From: Monocercomonoides exilis PA203
Taxonomy: Eukaryota; Protista; Preaxostyla
Length of the DNA: 64,000 bases
Direction of reading: 5' to 3'
NCBI GenBank assembly: GCA_001643675.2
Contig: LSRY02000003.1
Location: 62,001-126,000, forward strand
Part shown: piece after piece, positions 50,162-64,000 of the stretch
Layout of the letters: each line of letters opens with the position of its first letter
Numbering within the stretch: the stretch's first letter is position 1
Translations under genes and position numbers: made by a program
Notes under the pieces: generated by a model
The model's database searches: none
Seen by the model: only the letters and a program-made list of their open reading frames with translations
Told to the model about the DNA's origin: nothing

Positions 50162-53100
50162 TTAAGGCAAGCTGAATGAACGCTTACTTTCAAAATATTT
50201 GTTTGATGATTCTATTCTTTTGGTGTTTTGTTGAATGTCTTTTGAGTGGCAAAACCCATTCTTTATTGAAGTTGTGTTCGTATACTTTTCTTGTGTTTGA
50301 TGTGTGTCATTTACATACGACGTGTGATTTGGCTGTAAGGATGTTAGCATTCTTGAATATGAAGCAACAGAATCAGGTACATGCATTGAAATACTCATTC
50401 TATGAGTTGGAATATAGTTCTTATATGGAATATAAGAGGTTGGCGTTGGGTAAGACTGATGAGGTGATGGGGGAATCGTTTGAGATTGAGGAGGAATCAA
50501 AGCTTGGTCTGCTCTTGAATAAGTAATTGGTGTATTTAATCTGCTCGTGATGCCTTGTTGAACCTTTTCAGAAGAATTTGATTGATAAACAAATTGACTT
50601 TGAGCGTAAATTGGTATTTCTGCTTGTTTTTGTCTCCCGTCCCCAATTAAACTTGATGAATACATAGGAGTTTTTGAATAAAAACAGCTTTGAGAATTTG
50701 AATTGCTTGCAGGCTGCATGTGATGAATTGATGATGTTGGCTCATGAATACGTGAAAGGCAAGCATTTTCACATCCGCCCGTATCTGTCTTTTGTGTAAT
50801 TGTTTTACTCTGCATTTCCTCTTCCTCTTCTTCTTCCTCACCTTCACTTTCCCCTTCCATTTCCCCTTCCTCCTCTCCTTCCTCTTCCGATTCTTTTTCC
50901 TCTTCTTTTTCATCAAAGCCTTCATCTTCAGATTTCTTCTGAAGTGTTCTTTTCCCTGGCGACATTCTGTTTGATCCAGTGACGCTACACAGTGCTTCAA
51001 ATCCATTTGAATGTGGGTTTCTTTTCGACATTTGCTTCAGTGCCCATTCTTCTGCTTTCTTTCTCTCGTTTCTTTGCTCCATCTCAACAAACGACAACCC
51101 CTCATTTCGTCGCATTCCTTTCTTTTCTCTGTCTTCTTCTCTTGTCGCTATCACTTCTTGCTGTGTGAGTCTTTTGTGATGTGCTCGTGAGCTTAACGAA
51201 GGAAGAAGAGCATCTTCTCCTTCTTCTGCTTCCTGCGCCTTGAGGAGTTCTGTAGCAGTCTGGATTGATCTGCGCATTTCAAGTGATGGCAATAGAGGAA
51301 TAGCAAACGGAGCACGATAATTTGGAAGGAAAAGTGTGGCAACGTCTGAAGAACAGTTGCGCAGAAATGAAAAGGCTTGATTCAAAATCAATGCGAAACG
51401 AGGTGATGTTAATGAATTTGAAGAAGAAGAAGAAGAAGAAGAAAATGAATTGAAGGAAGATTCAGCTGCTATGCCAGGTCTTTTGCCTGTTGATAAATTG
51501 GAAGGAGATGCGGAAGAAGGGCGGAGAGCGGGACTTCCAGAAGAAATCGCTGGAGAATGAATGAAAGGCACACGACGATTGGACACTGGACGCAATGAAG
51601 AAGAAGAAGAAGAAGAAGAAGAAGAAGATGATGATGATGATGAGGAGGAGGAGGAGGATGTGTTGTATTGTTGCAGGATGTTCTTGCACAGTCTGTTTAT
51701 GTCAGAAGGTGTTGTCCATCTGTCAGAAAGAAGCGAAAGAGAGGGGAATGAATTGAGTGCGGATTGCGTTTTGTTTGTTGCTTGTGCATAAGACGAGTAC
51801 GAAAGATCGCATTCATCTGGGTCTGTCTCTGAGTCAACAGAGAGCTCTTCTTCTGTTGCAAGCGATGAGGAAGAGTCGTCCCCTTCTCTCTCAAAAGCAT
51901 CGTCCTTCACTCTGCATGGAGAAGTTGATTGCATTTGCGATCTGTCTGTCTCTTCCATCCCATCTTTTGCCATTCTTTCTTCAGACATTGCTTTTTCTTC
52001 GCTCCTTCTGCACATTTCCAGCAGAGCAGAATACGACACACGCGATGACAGCGCAAGCGGAGACGATTTTGGTGTTGTGGCAGGCGACGGGAAGAACAGA
52101 ACTGCTGCTGGATCGCATGCCATTTGGCGCTGAAATTCCTCGCTGGACGGTTTGACCACACCTGAAAGAAGAGGAAAATGCCTTTCGCTCTTTCGGCTGA
52201 TGGGAGAAGAAGAAGATGCAGCAGAAGAAGGAGATACAATTGCTGTTGTGGGCTTTTGTATTCTTGCTGTTTGCTGCCAAGAAGAAGAAGAAGAAGAAGA
52301 AGAAGAAGATGTTTTGTTGGCATTCAATGAAATTCCATCGTTGCTTGATTCTTCTGTCTCACTCTCATCGCACGCTTCCCACCTGCCATTTTTGTACTGC
52401 AAACTTTGCAGCAGTTTTGCTTCGACTTCCCTCTGAAGCTTCTGAGTGCGTCTGTTGAACTTCTCTCTTCTCAATCTTCTTCTCACTGACGAATGTGCTG
52501 TTCTCTTCATTGGCTTTGAAGAACTTGCAGTAATTGCAGTGCTTCCAGACATATTCTGCTTATCTCTGCAATTTTTTTCATTCAAAATTTCATCTGCTCT
52601 CATTTTCTCTTCTGCCAGCAGCATTTCATTCCTCCTCCTCTCCTTCCGCTGAGCATGCGCTTTTTCTGCTTCTTTCCATTCGTCTTCGCGCGAATTCGTT
52701 CCAATCGGCAGAAAGAGAGACGAAGGAGAAAGCGCAAAAAGAGGATCTTCTGAATGGACAGTGCAGCACACAGGGCACACATATAGACTGCCATTTGTGG
52801 ATGCTCCGAATAAGGACGAGAGAGAAGAAGATGATGAATTTGCCAAACGAAGTGAAGATGCTGCATTCTGTTGTTTTGATTCTAACAAGCTCTTTTTGTT
52901 ATCCACTTCTTTTTCCGTTGAATTTTCTTCTCTTTTCATTTTTTCTCTGTCTTCGTATTTCATCTTCATTCCTTCTTTGAACAGTTTTTGCACTCTTTTT
53001 TCTCTGACTTCTCTTCTTTTTGTCGCTTTTGCTGATCCGCACGTCAACAGAAAGCGCAGCTGCAGCCATTTCCAGAACACCAAATCAGAATGAGACGGAT

Positions 53101-56100
53101 GAGAAAAAAAGCCAGTTGTTGATTGCATTTGAGAAGTTGATGAGGAAGAAGAGGAAGAAGAGGAAGAAGAAGAAGATGATGCTGTTGTCAAAGAAGCGCC
53201 AGCAGAAGAAGAACGAACAAAAGAAGTGGAGCATCGCTGAGGAGATGGCTGCCTTGTTTGCTGGCTTGCTGTCATTGTACGTGTCTGTTTGCTTGATAGC
53301 TCTGGTGATAATGATGAGGATGAAGAGGAGGAGAAGGAAGAAGAAGAAGAAGCAACAGATTGAGTATAACTGTTGCATCCATCGCACCCCATCGCCTCCG
53401 CATTGACATCAGCAGCACTTGCAAAGCACTTCATCTGCGTCTCTTCGCTCTGCCTGGTCGAATAAAGAGGAATGTTGAAGGGCGTCGGGAAGATGCGCAC
53501 CCATCCGCCGCGCCTGGCAAACTCCTCTTCCGACTCCATCAGCATCATCCGCTCTTCTTCTGAGAGAGAAGACACAAAAGATGTGCCTGTGGCTGCTGTT
53601 GGCACTTGAGAAGACAGAAATGGCAGCACTTCTGAAGGATTTGAGGCAAAAGAGCTGAATTCATTGGAGGAGGAAGGAGAAGATGAAGATGAAGATGAAG
53701 ATGAAGATGAAGATGAGGAAGAGGATGATGATGAATGAGAAATGTTGGCAGTTGCAGAAGAAGAGCGAAAGATGGAGCAAGACGAAGATTGGGCTGTTGT
53801 CTGGCGAGAACAAGAGACAAACACAGAAGACTGCGAAAACAGCTGCTTCTGCTTTGGATGAAAGGGAAGTGTGTCATTTGCGCCTTGTGAGTATGTTTTG
53901 TGTTCGGGAGACATCGAAAAGGAAGGCGAAGAAGAAGAAGAAGAAGAAGAAGAAGAAGAAGAAGAAGAAGAAGAAGAAGAAGAAGAAGAAGAAGAAGAAG
54001 AAGAAGAAGAAGAAGAAGAAGAAGACTGTTTTTGCTGTCCATTTGTTTCTGGTGTCTTTCTGCGGAGCGACAAAACTGCGGTTGTGTTTGGGCGCCGCGG
54101 AAGAGAAAGAGAACGGCTGTGTGTTTGAGAGACACGAGATGACTTAGTGACTGAAGACAGAGAAGGAGAAGAACGAGCATTGGAAGAAGAATAAGTGGAA
54201 GAAGAAGAAGATGATGATGATGGTGATGATGAAACAGGCAATCGATGTTCACTTGTTCTTTCACTTCCTCTGAGCTCTCTTTGACGAAGCGGAAGATCAG
54301 ATGACCCCAAACTGCGCGATGATCGATGAGACAGAAAAGAAGATTTGAAGGAGGATGATGAAGAAGATGAAGAAGAAGATGAGGAAGAAGAAGGAGAAAT
54401 AGGAAGAGAAGAGAAAGGAGAAAGAGAAGAAGAGCGGGATGTTACGCGAAGCGGCGACGAGGAAGCAGAACGGCGAATGAAAAAAGAAGTGGAAGGAACA
54501 AAAGTTGGTGTCACAGCAACAAAAGAGCCAACAACATTTGATTCTTGTTTTGGGAGGAGTGACTGCTGGATGAATGAAGGAGAAGGAGAAGAAGGAGAAG
54601 AAGAGGAGGAAGAATATGAAAGAGAAGGTTGCAGAAATGCATTACGATTGGAAGGTGTGCTTTGCTGTGCTGGTTCTTCGTCAAAATCAATGTCTTCACT
54701 CACATTTCCATCATCTTCGTTCTCTTCCTCTTTGCATCTTTCCTCCTCTTCATCTTCTTCCCCTATTTCATCATTGGTTTCTTCGTATCTTCTCCCTTTC
54801 GCCTTTCTTTCATTCGTCTTTTTTGATAATATTTTTCTTTCAACAGAAAGTTTTCTGTTGGAATCTTTTTGTTTCTTCATCTTTTCTGTTGTGTCTGCAG
54901 AAGCAGCATTTGCTTCTTCTTCGCTTGTTTGTTCAAGTTCATCATCATCGTCCTCCTCATCATCTTCATCCGTTTCCCCTCCAATCTCATCTGACATACC
55001 ATCATTTCTTTCTCTATTTGACTTTTTCCTCCCCTTTCCATCATCTCGTGAAGCCAACATCCCACTCATTGATCCTGCCTCTCTTCCATTTCCATATTCA
55101 GTCCCCCCTCCCCCTCCTTCTCTCCCTCTTCCCCCTCCTCTTCTCTTCAGCTTCAGTGCAAGCGTCCTCCCCTTCCCGTCAGCCAGGGAGAAGCCAATCA
55201 TGTTGAACAGGTCAGTCAGCATCGCCTTCTTCACTCTGTTGTCCAGCCGCGACGACGCCTGCAGCGACGGCGACGTGTTCACCTCAATCACCCACGGGCG
55301 CAGGTTGCTGTCCAACAGCACATCCACCCCATACAGCTCCCACCCCTGCCGTGTATACGAGAAGAGCGTGGAGGCTGATGTCGCCAGGTTGCCCACGGCA
55401 GACAGGATCGTCTTGACGAGCACGTCGAAGATGCGGCGGAGGACACACAGCGGGTCAGCATGCAGAACAAAGCGGATGTACACCAGCAGCTGAGTGAGCG
55501 TCCATTTGGTGCCATCGCTGTCGGTGTCGCCAATCTCCAGGATGGTCGAAGGAAGATCAGCCTTCTGGAGGAGAAGTGGAAGAGAAGAAGAAGAAGAAGA
55601 GACATGCATGCTCGGTGAAGACTGGGTTATTGTTAAATCCCATCCAGCTTTCTGTTGTTGTTGGTGTTGCTGTGCAGCTGCGCTTTTGTTCAGAAGCTGT
55701 GCCACTTTCGCTTTCCTCCGTCTGTCTGCACGAATCTCCTCCTTCAGCTCTGCTCTGCTCAATACACACTGCTTCTCCAGCGAATAGTAAACAGGCTTTG
55801 CTGGCACCATCCACTCGTGCCCAGCCTTCAGCCACTCTTCTCTTCGCCTCTTGTTTATGGAGAAGTTGGTCAGATGGCTGTATCGAGTGGCCTTGGATGC
55901 TGCTGCCGAAGGAGTTGTGCTTGGCGGTTGAGCTGCACTTGACGCTGTTTCTGGTTGATCGACGCTGCTTCCTTTGCATTCGCAGTCGTCTTCGTCGTCT
56001 GTGCAGTCATCCATTCCATCAGACAAAAGTGTGCCGCTCCGCTTTCTGCTTGCTTCTCTTGTTGTCTTTTGGCTCTTTTTGCTTTTTTTCTTCGGCGCTC

Positions 56101-57438
56101 CTCTGCTTTGCCCATAGCCCACACCGACCCACGGGTCAGATGCAAAGCGGACAATGCCCTCGCGATAGAAATACAGCCGGAGTGGAACAAGAGATGTGAC
56201 AGCAACGTACAATCGAAGGTCAATTTTGTGGTTGTTGATGAGAAGAGGATTGGGGATGTATTGCTGAATGATCGCACGTTTGTTGAAAAAAGCAGCAGAG
56301 TTGTCTACAGAAGAGCTTGAAGAAGAAGAAGAAGAAGAGGAAGAGGAAGAAAAAGGAATGGAAGACGGGCGTGAAGATGATTTAGGAGGTAGAGTTCGTT
56401 TCTTTTTGGCTCCACCGTTCACCAAAGACACAGCATCAGTGACAAGTTTCACTCCATTTCCTCGTGCTGCTGCAAGCGGCTTTGAGATGAACGTTAGGGG
56501 AAACATTTTCCGGATAGGGAAAACATTTGCAGAAGGAAACGAATGAAGCAAATCTTTTTTTGATAAAGTTATCGTAACAGATGCATTATTCGTTGGCTTT
56601 TTTTCACAGAAGTTCAACGCTTTGGCAAGAGCTTGCATAAGTGCCGTGCTTGGAGAAAAGCTTAAAGAAGAATTCGTTTTTGTTGGTTGCTGTGCTGGCT
56701 GATTGTGAGTTTTAAATGTTGATTTATTGGAGGAAGATGCGCTTGTCACATCTCTGTTTGGTTGAACAGAGCCTGAAAACTGCGAATATGAACGAGTGTA
56801 TATTTCCATCGAAGGAATAACCCTTTTCAATGAAAATAATTGAACATGCTGATGGAATAAATATGAATCTCTTGGAAAAACAAAAGTTAGAGGGAAGAAT
56901 CCATAATTTTCAACTCCATATTCTCGAACCATTCTTTGAAGATTCCATGCAAGACGGTCCTAAAATCATGCGGGTAAATAAAACAAAAAGATTGATTTGC
57001 AAATAATATTCATGCCTTGCGACCAAGATCGTAAGTTGATGGGAAGTGTGAGACTCTTTGGAAGCAATGTAATTCTCTGTAATCTGCCAATTTCCTTGGC
57101 ATTCCCCAGAGAGAAATCCATTTTTGTTCCAAAGAATCTCTGGTTATCCCAAATCCAGCGTTCTCGAATGTTTTTCTCACCAAAATTGAAGAAGGAGATG
57201 AAAGCTATTATTCAATTAATATATCATAATTCAATAAATATTAATGTATCATAAATGTATCATCACTAACTTTAAGCTTTGGACGAAATTCTGCCTTCGA
57301 AGTCACAATTGTTTTAATAATATTATTCGTTCCAAATAAAATAAGTGGAGCACTTTCTCTAAAAAGTGGGCAATAAAGTTGTGCTTTGCATTTATACATT
57401 TGTTTTTTGTCATTGCGTTTCACTTTTCCTTTTTGCAT
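50162..57438 (-). CDS. Tubulin-tyrosine-ligase-like polyglutamylase (TTLL4/5-like); exons 57438-57271, 57204-57016, 56959-50162
   Basis: HFPSTYDLGRK|DRLAWNL, FFPLTFVFP, ISKPLAAARGNGV, IQQYIPNPLLINNHKIDLRLYVAVTS, REGIVRFAS, HLTNFSINK, WELYGVDVLLDSNLRPWVIEVNTSPSL, EEEFARRGGWVRIFP. Confidence 0.92.
53928..54023 (+). repeat. (GAA)32 microsatellite encoding poly-Ser in the TTLL gene
   Basis: Pure trinucleotide run. Confidence 0.9.
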
Positions 57439-57804
57439 ATTTGCTCGTGATTCGAGCAGAAAATTCGAAAATAAAAGAAAGAAATTTTTAATTATGGATA
57501 TGGTTTCAAGTGAATAAAGGAATTATCTTCGCTCTTATTTTTGTGAAGATGAATCAATCATCAAAATATGCAAATATTTTTAAACCCTTCAATATTTTAT
57601 GCAATATTATTCGCATCACCATTTTTTTTTTATGGAACTGACTTTAATGATTTGAATGACAATTAATAAATATATATTCCGAACTATTGTCCGTGTTAGG
57701 TTCCTTAATTTGGATACCGCAAATATTCCGATTCGAATTCGTTGCTATCCAAAAACAACAAAAAAATCACAATTCTTTGAATTTTTCAATCTTCGCAATC
57801 TCTA

Positions 57805-59152
57805 TTAAAATGCAGCAATGAATGTTATAAGCAGAACACATAAAAAGAGAAAGGAAGTTTGAACTTTGGCGATGAAAACCATATGCAAAAATTGATAAAA
57901 GCTTATTATTATGTCTTCAAAGCCATTTTCTTCCAACTTTTCGAAAAAGTATCTTTTCATAAACTCAACATTTGTTTCTTTGCTTTCCTTCGCTAATTTT
58001 TCTTGAAATGCATCATAAATGTTCAGAATGAGAGAAACACTAAGTTCTCTAAGTTCTCTAACTTGAGTGTTTCTCTGCATTTCTTCCAGTGTTACGTCAA
58101 TTACTCCGCTATTCATCAAATCGTTCAAACATGAAGACGTTTCTTTCGTAATTTCAACAAAAAGGTGTATGCCTTCGGTGAATGTCTTTATTTGATTATC
58201 TCTTGCCAATTTGCATATCTCAACAATGCATTTCATCAATCCAATGTGTCCTTTTTCACTGCGCTTGCAATAATGAAAATAATAATTGATTATATGAAAG
58301 CATTTCTTTATTGTGAACACTTCTTTTAATTCTGCCCCTTTCTTTTCCTTTTTTCTTCCAATCCACGTTTTTGCTAAGCTTTTCTAACTCTTTTGATTCT
58401 TCCCTCTTAAAATGCAGATCATCCACAATAACTACTTCCAAACATTTGTATTCGTTTAATTTATAGATAAAAAACTCCCAAGCAGATTGATAGGCAAGAT
58501 GGGAAAGGTTACGATGTTCTTGATGATGTTGAATAATCCTTTTTATCTCATTCAAATACAATTCTTCGTTCGCTTTCTGTTTAGCAATTCATGAAATCAT
58601 TTGCAAATATGGAAATTGTTCAAAAAATGAAAAGCATACATCCCACGAATTTATTTTTCTTAAAGAAAGCAGAGCCATTTCCACTTCTTTTTGAGTTTCT
58701 TCGTTTTTCTCTTTGCTTGAAGCAGCTTTCAAAAGACAAGATATGCAAATCGGTAGCAACTCATTTGGAAGGAAAAATGTGTGAAGCAACAAATAACATT
58801 CACAAAGATCAATCAGAAATTTTTCATTCTTTTCTTCTTTTTTCTCATTTTCATCAATAATCATCTTCTCCAAAAATGATCACAACAAAGAATCGTCAAA
58901 GCCGATGCTCCAATCGTTTGCCAGCTTTTTGCAACATCCAATATGTTTCAGAAGTGCAACAGAGTCATCTATCGCTGACTTCTTTTCTTCAATTAGTTTT
59001 TTTATTTTAATCAAAGTGAATTTTGTGAAAATTGTGCTCGATTCTTTCGCATCCATTTCATCAGATATTTCATGCATTTTTTCATATTTATGATTTTTGT
59101 TTGGAAGTTGAATCAAATTCAAGTTGATACAACAATTCTTCAAATAAAACAA
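57805..59152 (-). pseudogene. Helical-repeat (ARM-like) multigene-family member, frameshifted
   Basis: Four collinear ORF pieces (EKMIIDENEKKEEKNEKFLIDLCECY..., EETQKEVEMALLSL, RNLSHLAYQSAWEF, EKLEENGFEDII). One GT-AG intron at ~58578-58639; frameshifts near 58875 and 58320. Confidence 0.65.
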
Positions 59153-59796
59153 ACAAAATCTTCAAATCCAAGAAAAAACAATAATGCAAAACATAATTGC
59201 AAACCAAGAAATTTATCTGTAAAAGTTATCAAAAATGCATCAATGTCCGAATTGTCCGGAGCGCATATGGGAAAGTATTTTTCTTTTCATGAAAAAATCG
59301 ATGATTTGTTCCAAGCGATTTCTGCTACTTATTATTGCAATTTTGACATTCTCAAGCAAAAAAAAAAATATTAAAACATAAAAAAGTTAAGGAAAATCTT
59401 TGAAAGCATTGTGTGGAACAAAATTCATAAAGCGAAAATTTTCGACCCACATAATGTTTAGAACAATTTTTATAATGGGATTTTTGTACCTCCAAAATCG
59501 AAAGGATAACACACATTTCTTTTAAATCTTTCTGTAATGTTTTTAACAATCAAATTCAATTTTGATTCGTAGAAAAAAAAGTTTTTTGATAACTGGTTTT
59601 CATTTTAGAACATTTTATTAAATACCAGTGTTTTTTTTCGAATGTTTTCAGCAACAAAAAATATATTTTTTCTCCATTCTTTTCGTTTTTATCTATCACT
59701 TCTTTTCTTTTAAAAAATATATAAATAGACTTCTCCCTTTCTTATCATTCATAAATAAAATCAGATTATTGATAACAAAAAAACAAAAACTTAACA

Positions 59797-62295
59797 ATTG
59801 GTGCCAAAACAGGGACCTTTCGCAAAACCAGGAACTTTTTTTATGAAACTGAACATTGATTATACTTTTCATTTAATGGAATTTTTTTTTTTTTTTGAAA
59901 TTCTCCTTTGTTGGAAAAAAGTTTTTGAAGCCCTTGCATGTTTGTTTTCAAACGGTTTCAAAACTGAAAAAATGATTAAAAAACCATTCAACGATATATG
60001 AAATCCGAATAAAATGTTTCTTTGCTCGTGTAAAACACTTCTGAACAACAATAAAGATACAGTCAACAGCTTATTGAACAAATGATAAACCTCTTTTCAT
60101 TTCATAATTCTTCTTTTTCTTCTTTCATTTTTTTCAAGAAGTAGTTTTCGCGAGCCTCCCTTTCTTTTTGAGTGATTATTGGAGATATGCATCTTGTCAT
60201 CATGCCAACGTGTCTCACTCTTGAAGCTGTCAAACGTTTTGCTTTCCCCTTTGTTTTGGTGATTGATTCTTTAATCCATCTCTTCAAATGCATCTATGTC
60301 ATCTTGTGGAATATCCAGCATTCTTCTTTTTTCTGATTTCTTCGTGTCAGAAATCGAATTTTCTTCATTCACAATTGAAACTTTCACTTTTTTCATGATT
60401 TTCATGCTTGCATCCTCATCATTCCTTGCATCTCTTGCATCTTCCAATTGCTTCTTTTTTTGTGCAACACGGTTGCATAATACATTCAGCTCTCTTCGAT
60501 AATCCTCTGTGTCTTAAAGGCAACTTTGTTGTGTTATTGCAGATTTTTCATCAAAATTCGTTTTTTTATCCATTTTCTTTGTCGGTGAAAATTTTTCGAA
60601 CAACTCTGGCTGAAGATCCGTAGGAGACCTAATCACTTTTTTCTCTTCAGAGATTTGTTTTGAAGATCCTCAAACTCGCGATAAAATTTCAGTTGCTGTA
60701 ATAGGCCAAACGCCTGTTTTCAAAAAAGCAGTTCTAATTGTGGAAGTCTTAACTGTTGCTGCTGTAATATCTCATGGAACTCGAGACGAGGAAAACCTGT
60801 ATGTTCTTAATGAAAATGGATGTGGTCTATGAAGCAAGTTGATTTGCACAAATTAAACCATGGAAGAAATGCAACTGTTAAAAGGTTGTGGAAATGAGTA
60901 ATATTCTGAGGGAAATACTTAATAATTATATGGGAATTTCTTGTAGCTGTGATAACTTCAGAGCAGAAATACGAAACATGATTATCCATCAGAAACAATT
61001 CTCTCCGTTAGCAAGTTAGCTTCACCTTCTCTTTTGTTTGAAATAACAAATCATTGATAATAATAGTCATGAATTAATCGTTTGTGATTTATCTGGAGCT
61101 GGCGTTGAGATGTTTGATGGAAAATGAAGAAAAAATTCGAAAACTCGGAAGTGATCAACCTGTATGTCCAGAGCAAATAATGTTTCAAACATGAGCCATC
61201 AGCACACACACAGAAACACATTGTTGCATTCGAGACCTTTTGTTAAGCTGGAGGTGAAGGAGGAAGCTGATCCTTCAGGCAAACAACAAGTTTTGACATT
61301 TTTGTCCACATCAAACAGAAGTTTCGTCAATATTGAAAATAACTGATCCAATGATATCAAACTTTTTTACCAAGTCGGCAAAATCAGCAAACCTCGTTCT
61401 GATGGATTCTTGTGATTGTGCAATAATCTTTGCAGCTTCCAACTGTTTCGCAACAGCAGTGTGAAGGATTTCGCTTCTTTTCAGCAATTTGAAAGCACAT
61501 TTCTCATCAAAGGTCACCTCTTTGTTTGCACTCTCCCCACTTTTTTGCTTCAACTCAACATACTGAAAATTAAAGAGTCAATAAAACATCAAACAAAAAA
61601 ATAGAAATACCATTGATTGAACATCTGAAACTCTCACAATTTCATGTTCAGATAATTGTGATAAAACTTCATTCTTTATTATTTCAAATTCTGAATCTGA
61701 TATCGCAAGTTCCCAACCAATCCTTCCAACTATTCGCCCTTCCTTTTCTGCTTTTTTTTGCACGGTACCAAGATGATTTAGAAATCAATTGCGATTTCGC
61801 AGCTTCTCTGCATGTAATTGGAATTTCTTTCTTTGCTTCAAAAAGTTTTTGCGATCTAGATTTTATTTTTTTTGTAACAAGATTTTGCAACAACTTTTTC
61901 CAATTTGGAAAAGCTAATTTGAGTTTTTTCCATCGTGCGTTATGGAATTGATCAAAACAATAAATACCCGTTTAAAAAAACGCTAAGTGAAAACAAGAAA
62001 GCTCATTTAAAAGAACCATTTTTTTTTTTGATTTATAACTGTGTATATTTGTTTCGTCAAAAATATCATTGAAATTTCTCAAATATCAGGATATTTCATA
62101 ATATTTTTCATGTGAGAAATTATATCAATACAAGAAAATTGTGTGTTTGAAATTTTATTTATCCTTCGAGTATTTTATATTAAAAATTGTCTTATGTTTG
62201 TTTGAAGAAGAAATAAGCATTGCCAACATTCGTAATTTATTTCTGAATTGCGAATGGTTCAGGGTTTCGCGAAAGGTCCCGGTTTTCGCACCAAT
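59797..62295 (-). mobile_element. pogo-like (DDE_1) DNA transposon with decayed transposase
   Basis: 39-bp TIRs (59797-59835 and 62257-62295, 5 mismatches). Remnants IFNIDETS, FLMDNHVS...YFPQNITH and IRTAFLKTGVWP on the minus strand. Confidence 0.85.
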
Positions 62296-63849
62296 GATAT
62301 TGAAGTTTTCAGTCGGTTTATAACGTGGCAAGTTTGAAAAGAATTTTCCCTAAACGTTTTATAATGAATTCTTATCAATGATATTTCATTTTGAAATTAT
62401 TCTTGAAAATGAATGAAATCACAAAAGTCTAAGTTTGTCAATCATCCGTTTCATTTCTTCACTTTATTTTATTAAACTTCTCAAAAAATGAAGTCAAGTC
62501 TTTTGGACTTTTTTTGAATCAATAATTGGCAATTCATTTGCTGTTCGAAGTGAACAATTCTTCAATCATCTATAACTTGAACACATTTCTGATTTTCAAT
62601 TCAAATTTTATCTCATTTTGAAAAACGAAATGTTTGAATATTATTACTTGTGGGAAATAAATGAGATTTCTAATAATTGAACTTCTATTCAAATAAATGT
62701 CAATCCATCTCTTCTCAATAAATTTGTTTCGAATAACATATAACACTTTTCATTGATAAAACATTTTGAAATGATCTTTTTAAGAACAACAAAAATCAAC
62801 TAATAATAACATCTAACTTTTCAGATAAGAGGCATTTGTATTTCAGAACCTCAACCAACTATTTCCTTTTCAATCTCCATCATAAATCTGTGAGCCTTGA
62901 AAGGGAAAGAAAAGAGGAAACAAACACCTTTCTCAATCTCCTTCCCCTCCAAACTCACAAATCGATGAGCACATATTCAAGGTGATCAGAATTGACTTCA
63001 AACAAAAACATCAGAAATTACAAGAAAATGTTCAAAGAAAAACAGTCACCCAAAACAACGCAATGACAAAAAATCTCAGGACAGCAGCCAATATCACACC
63101 ATCATCAAATTGTGCTTTGACAAACAGTGCAACACAAACTCGTCCATGTGTGAAACGAAAACGAAAACAAAAACAAGAAATTAACCTCCTCAATAATAAA
63201 TGCGAATTAAAAATCAGTCTCAACCAAAATAAAGTTGCTGAGCATTCTTTTATCCTTTCCAAGCCATATGCTGCCAATGCTTCAATTGAAAGCATGCTCA
63301 CAGCTGTATGCCCATGAATTCATTTGAAAAACGTTGTTGTATACAAACAAATATAAATATTACAAAAAAAAAAAAAAAAAAAAAAAGAAGCAATGTGCTG
63401 GAAGGAATCAACAAAAAATAAAGATTTTGAAACTCAAACATCTACGCAAGATATATGCCTGTTCAAAAAAAGACTATTTATCACACGCACTCCAACCTTC
63501 ATTGAAGCACTTTTCAAACAAAATAAGATGTGAAATTCTCAACAAATCAAACACACAAAAAATAAATATATAAACACTCAAAAATCACTAAAATCTGAAT
63601 AAACTTCAAATAAACAAAAAACAAAATACATTGCGAAAGCAAAAGCAATCAATAAAAAGATATCTTTCATTTTCATATTTCTCAAATTCATTCTTTCTTC
63701 ATTTCAGTGTATTTTCATTCCCCACATTTTCTTCACTATCCATCCTCTGTTATTTGCACAATCTGCAAAAAAAACTTTTCAGAAGCTTCACCATTCTCGC
63801 ACCTTTTTCTCTTCGTTTAAATCATTTCCCCTTTCATCTCATTTTTTTC

Positions 63850-64000
63850 TCAATTGCATTCCCCTTCCTTCCCTTTCTTGCCTTCCTTCTCATCCCCCTC
63901 TTCTCTTCGTGTTTCCACCACCTCCACTGCATCTGACATCGTCATCACCAATGCATCCTTCGGGAAGTGCGAAATCAGCTCCCGCTTCACTTCCACAAGC
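63850..64000 (-). CDS. 3' end of a gene running off the window edge
   Basis: GC-richer open frame LVEVKRELISHFPKDALVMTMSDAVEVVETRREEGDEK...CN* with stop at 63850-63852. Confidence 0.5.
   Translation of the reverse strand, partial: LVEVKRELISHFPKDALVMTMSDAVEVVETRREEGDEKEGKKGKEGECN

Noticed and set aside
57805-62295. Stop-codon reassignment as the explanation for broken ORFs
   Set aside because: Intact genes end in TAA or TGA and have kilobase-long frames; the breaks are largely frameshifts.

Overview
Eukaryotic, AT-rich, standard-code DNA with short (54-72 nt) spliceosomal introns and very long Ser/Glu/Lys low-complexity proteins. The gene-family style suggests an oxymonad/metamonad protist such as Monocercomonoides (inference, not searched). 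Genes: an importin-alpha-like ARM protein split by a huge low-complexity insert; a TmcB/TmcC-like multi-pass membrane protein ending in a hemerythrin-like domain; two inverted copies of a CCX/NCLX cation/Ca2+ exchanger; a secreted GH13 alpha-amylase; two inverted copies of an unknown charged protein; a TTLL tubulin glutamylase with a GC-AG intron; three tRNA-Ala(TGC), one tRNA-Val(AAC); and several pseudogene fragments. Architecture: about 17.46-49.65 kb is an imperfect ~32 kb palindrome whose arms differ by a swapped cassette. A 9.66 kb transposon-rich island in the left arm is bounded by a 215-bp direct repeat containing tRNA-Ala. The island holds a 3.59 kb hAT-like element (8-bp TSD, 15-bp TIR) carrying a host-type surface-protein fragment, plus a decayed DIRS-like retroelement. 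A pogo-like element with TIRs lies at 59.8-62.3 kb. All calls were made by eye; no database search was run.
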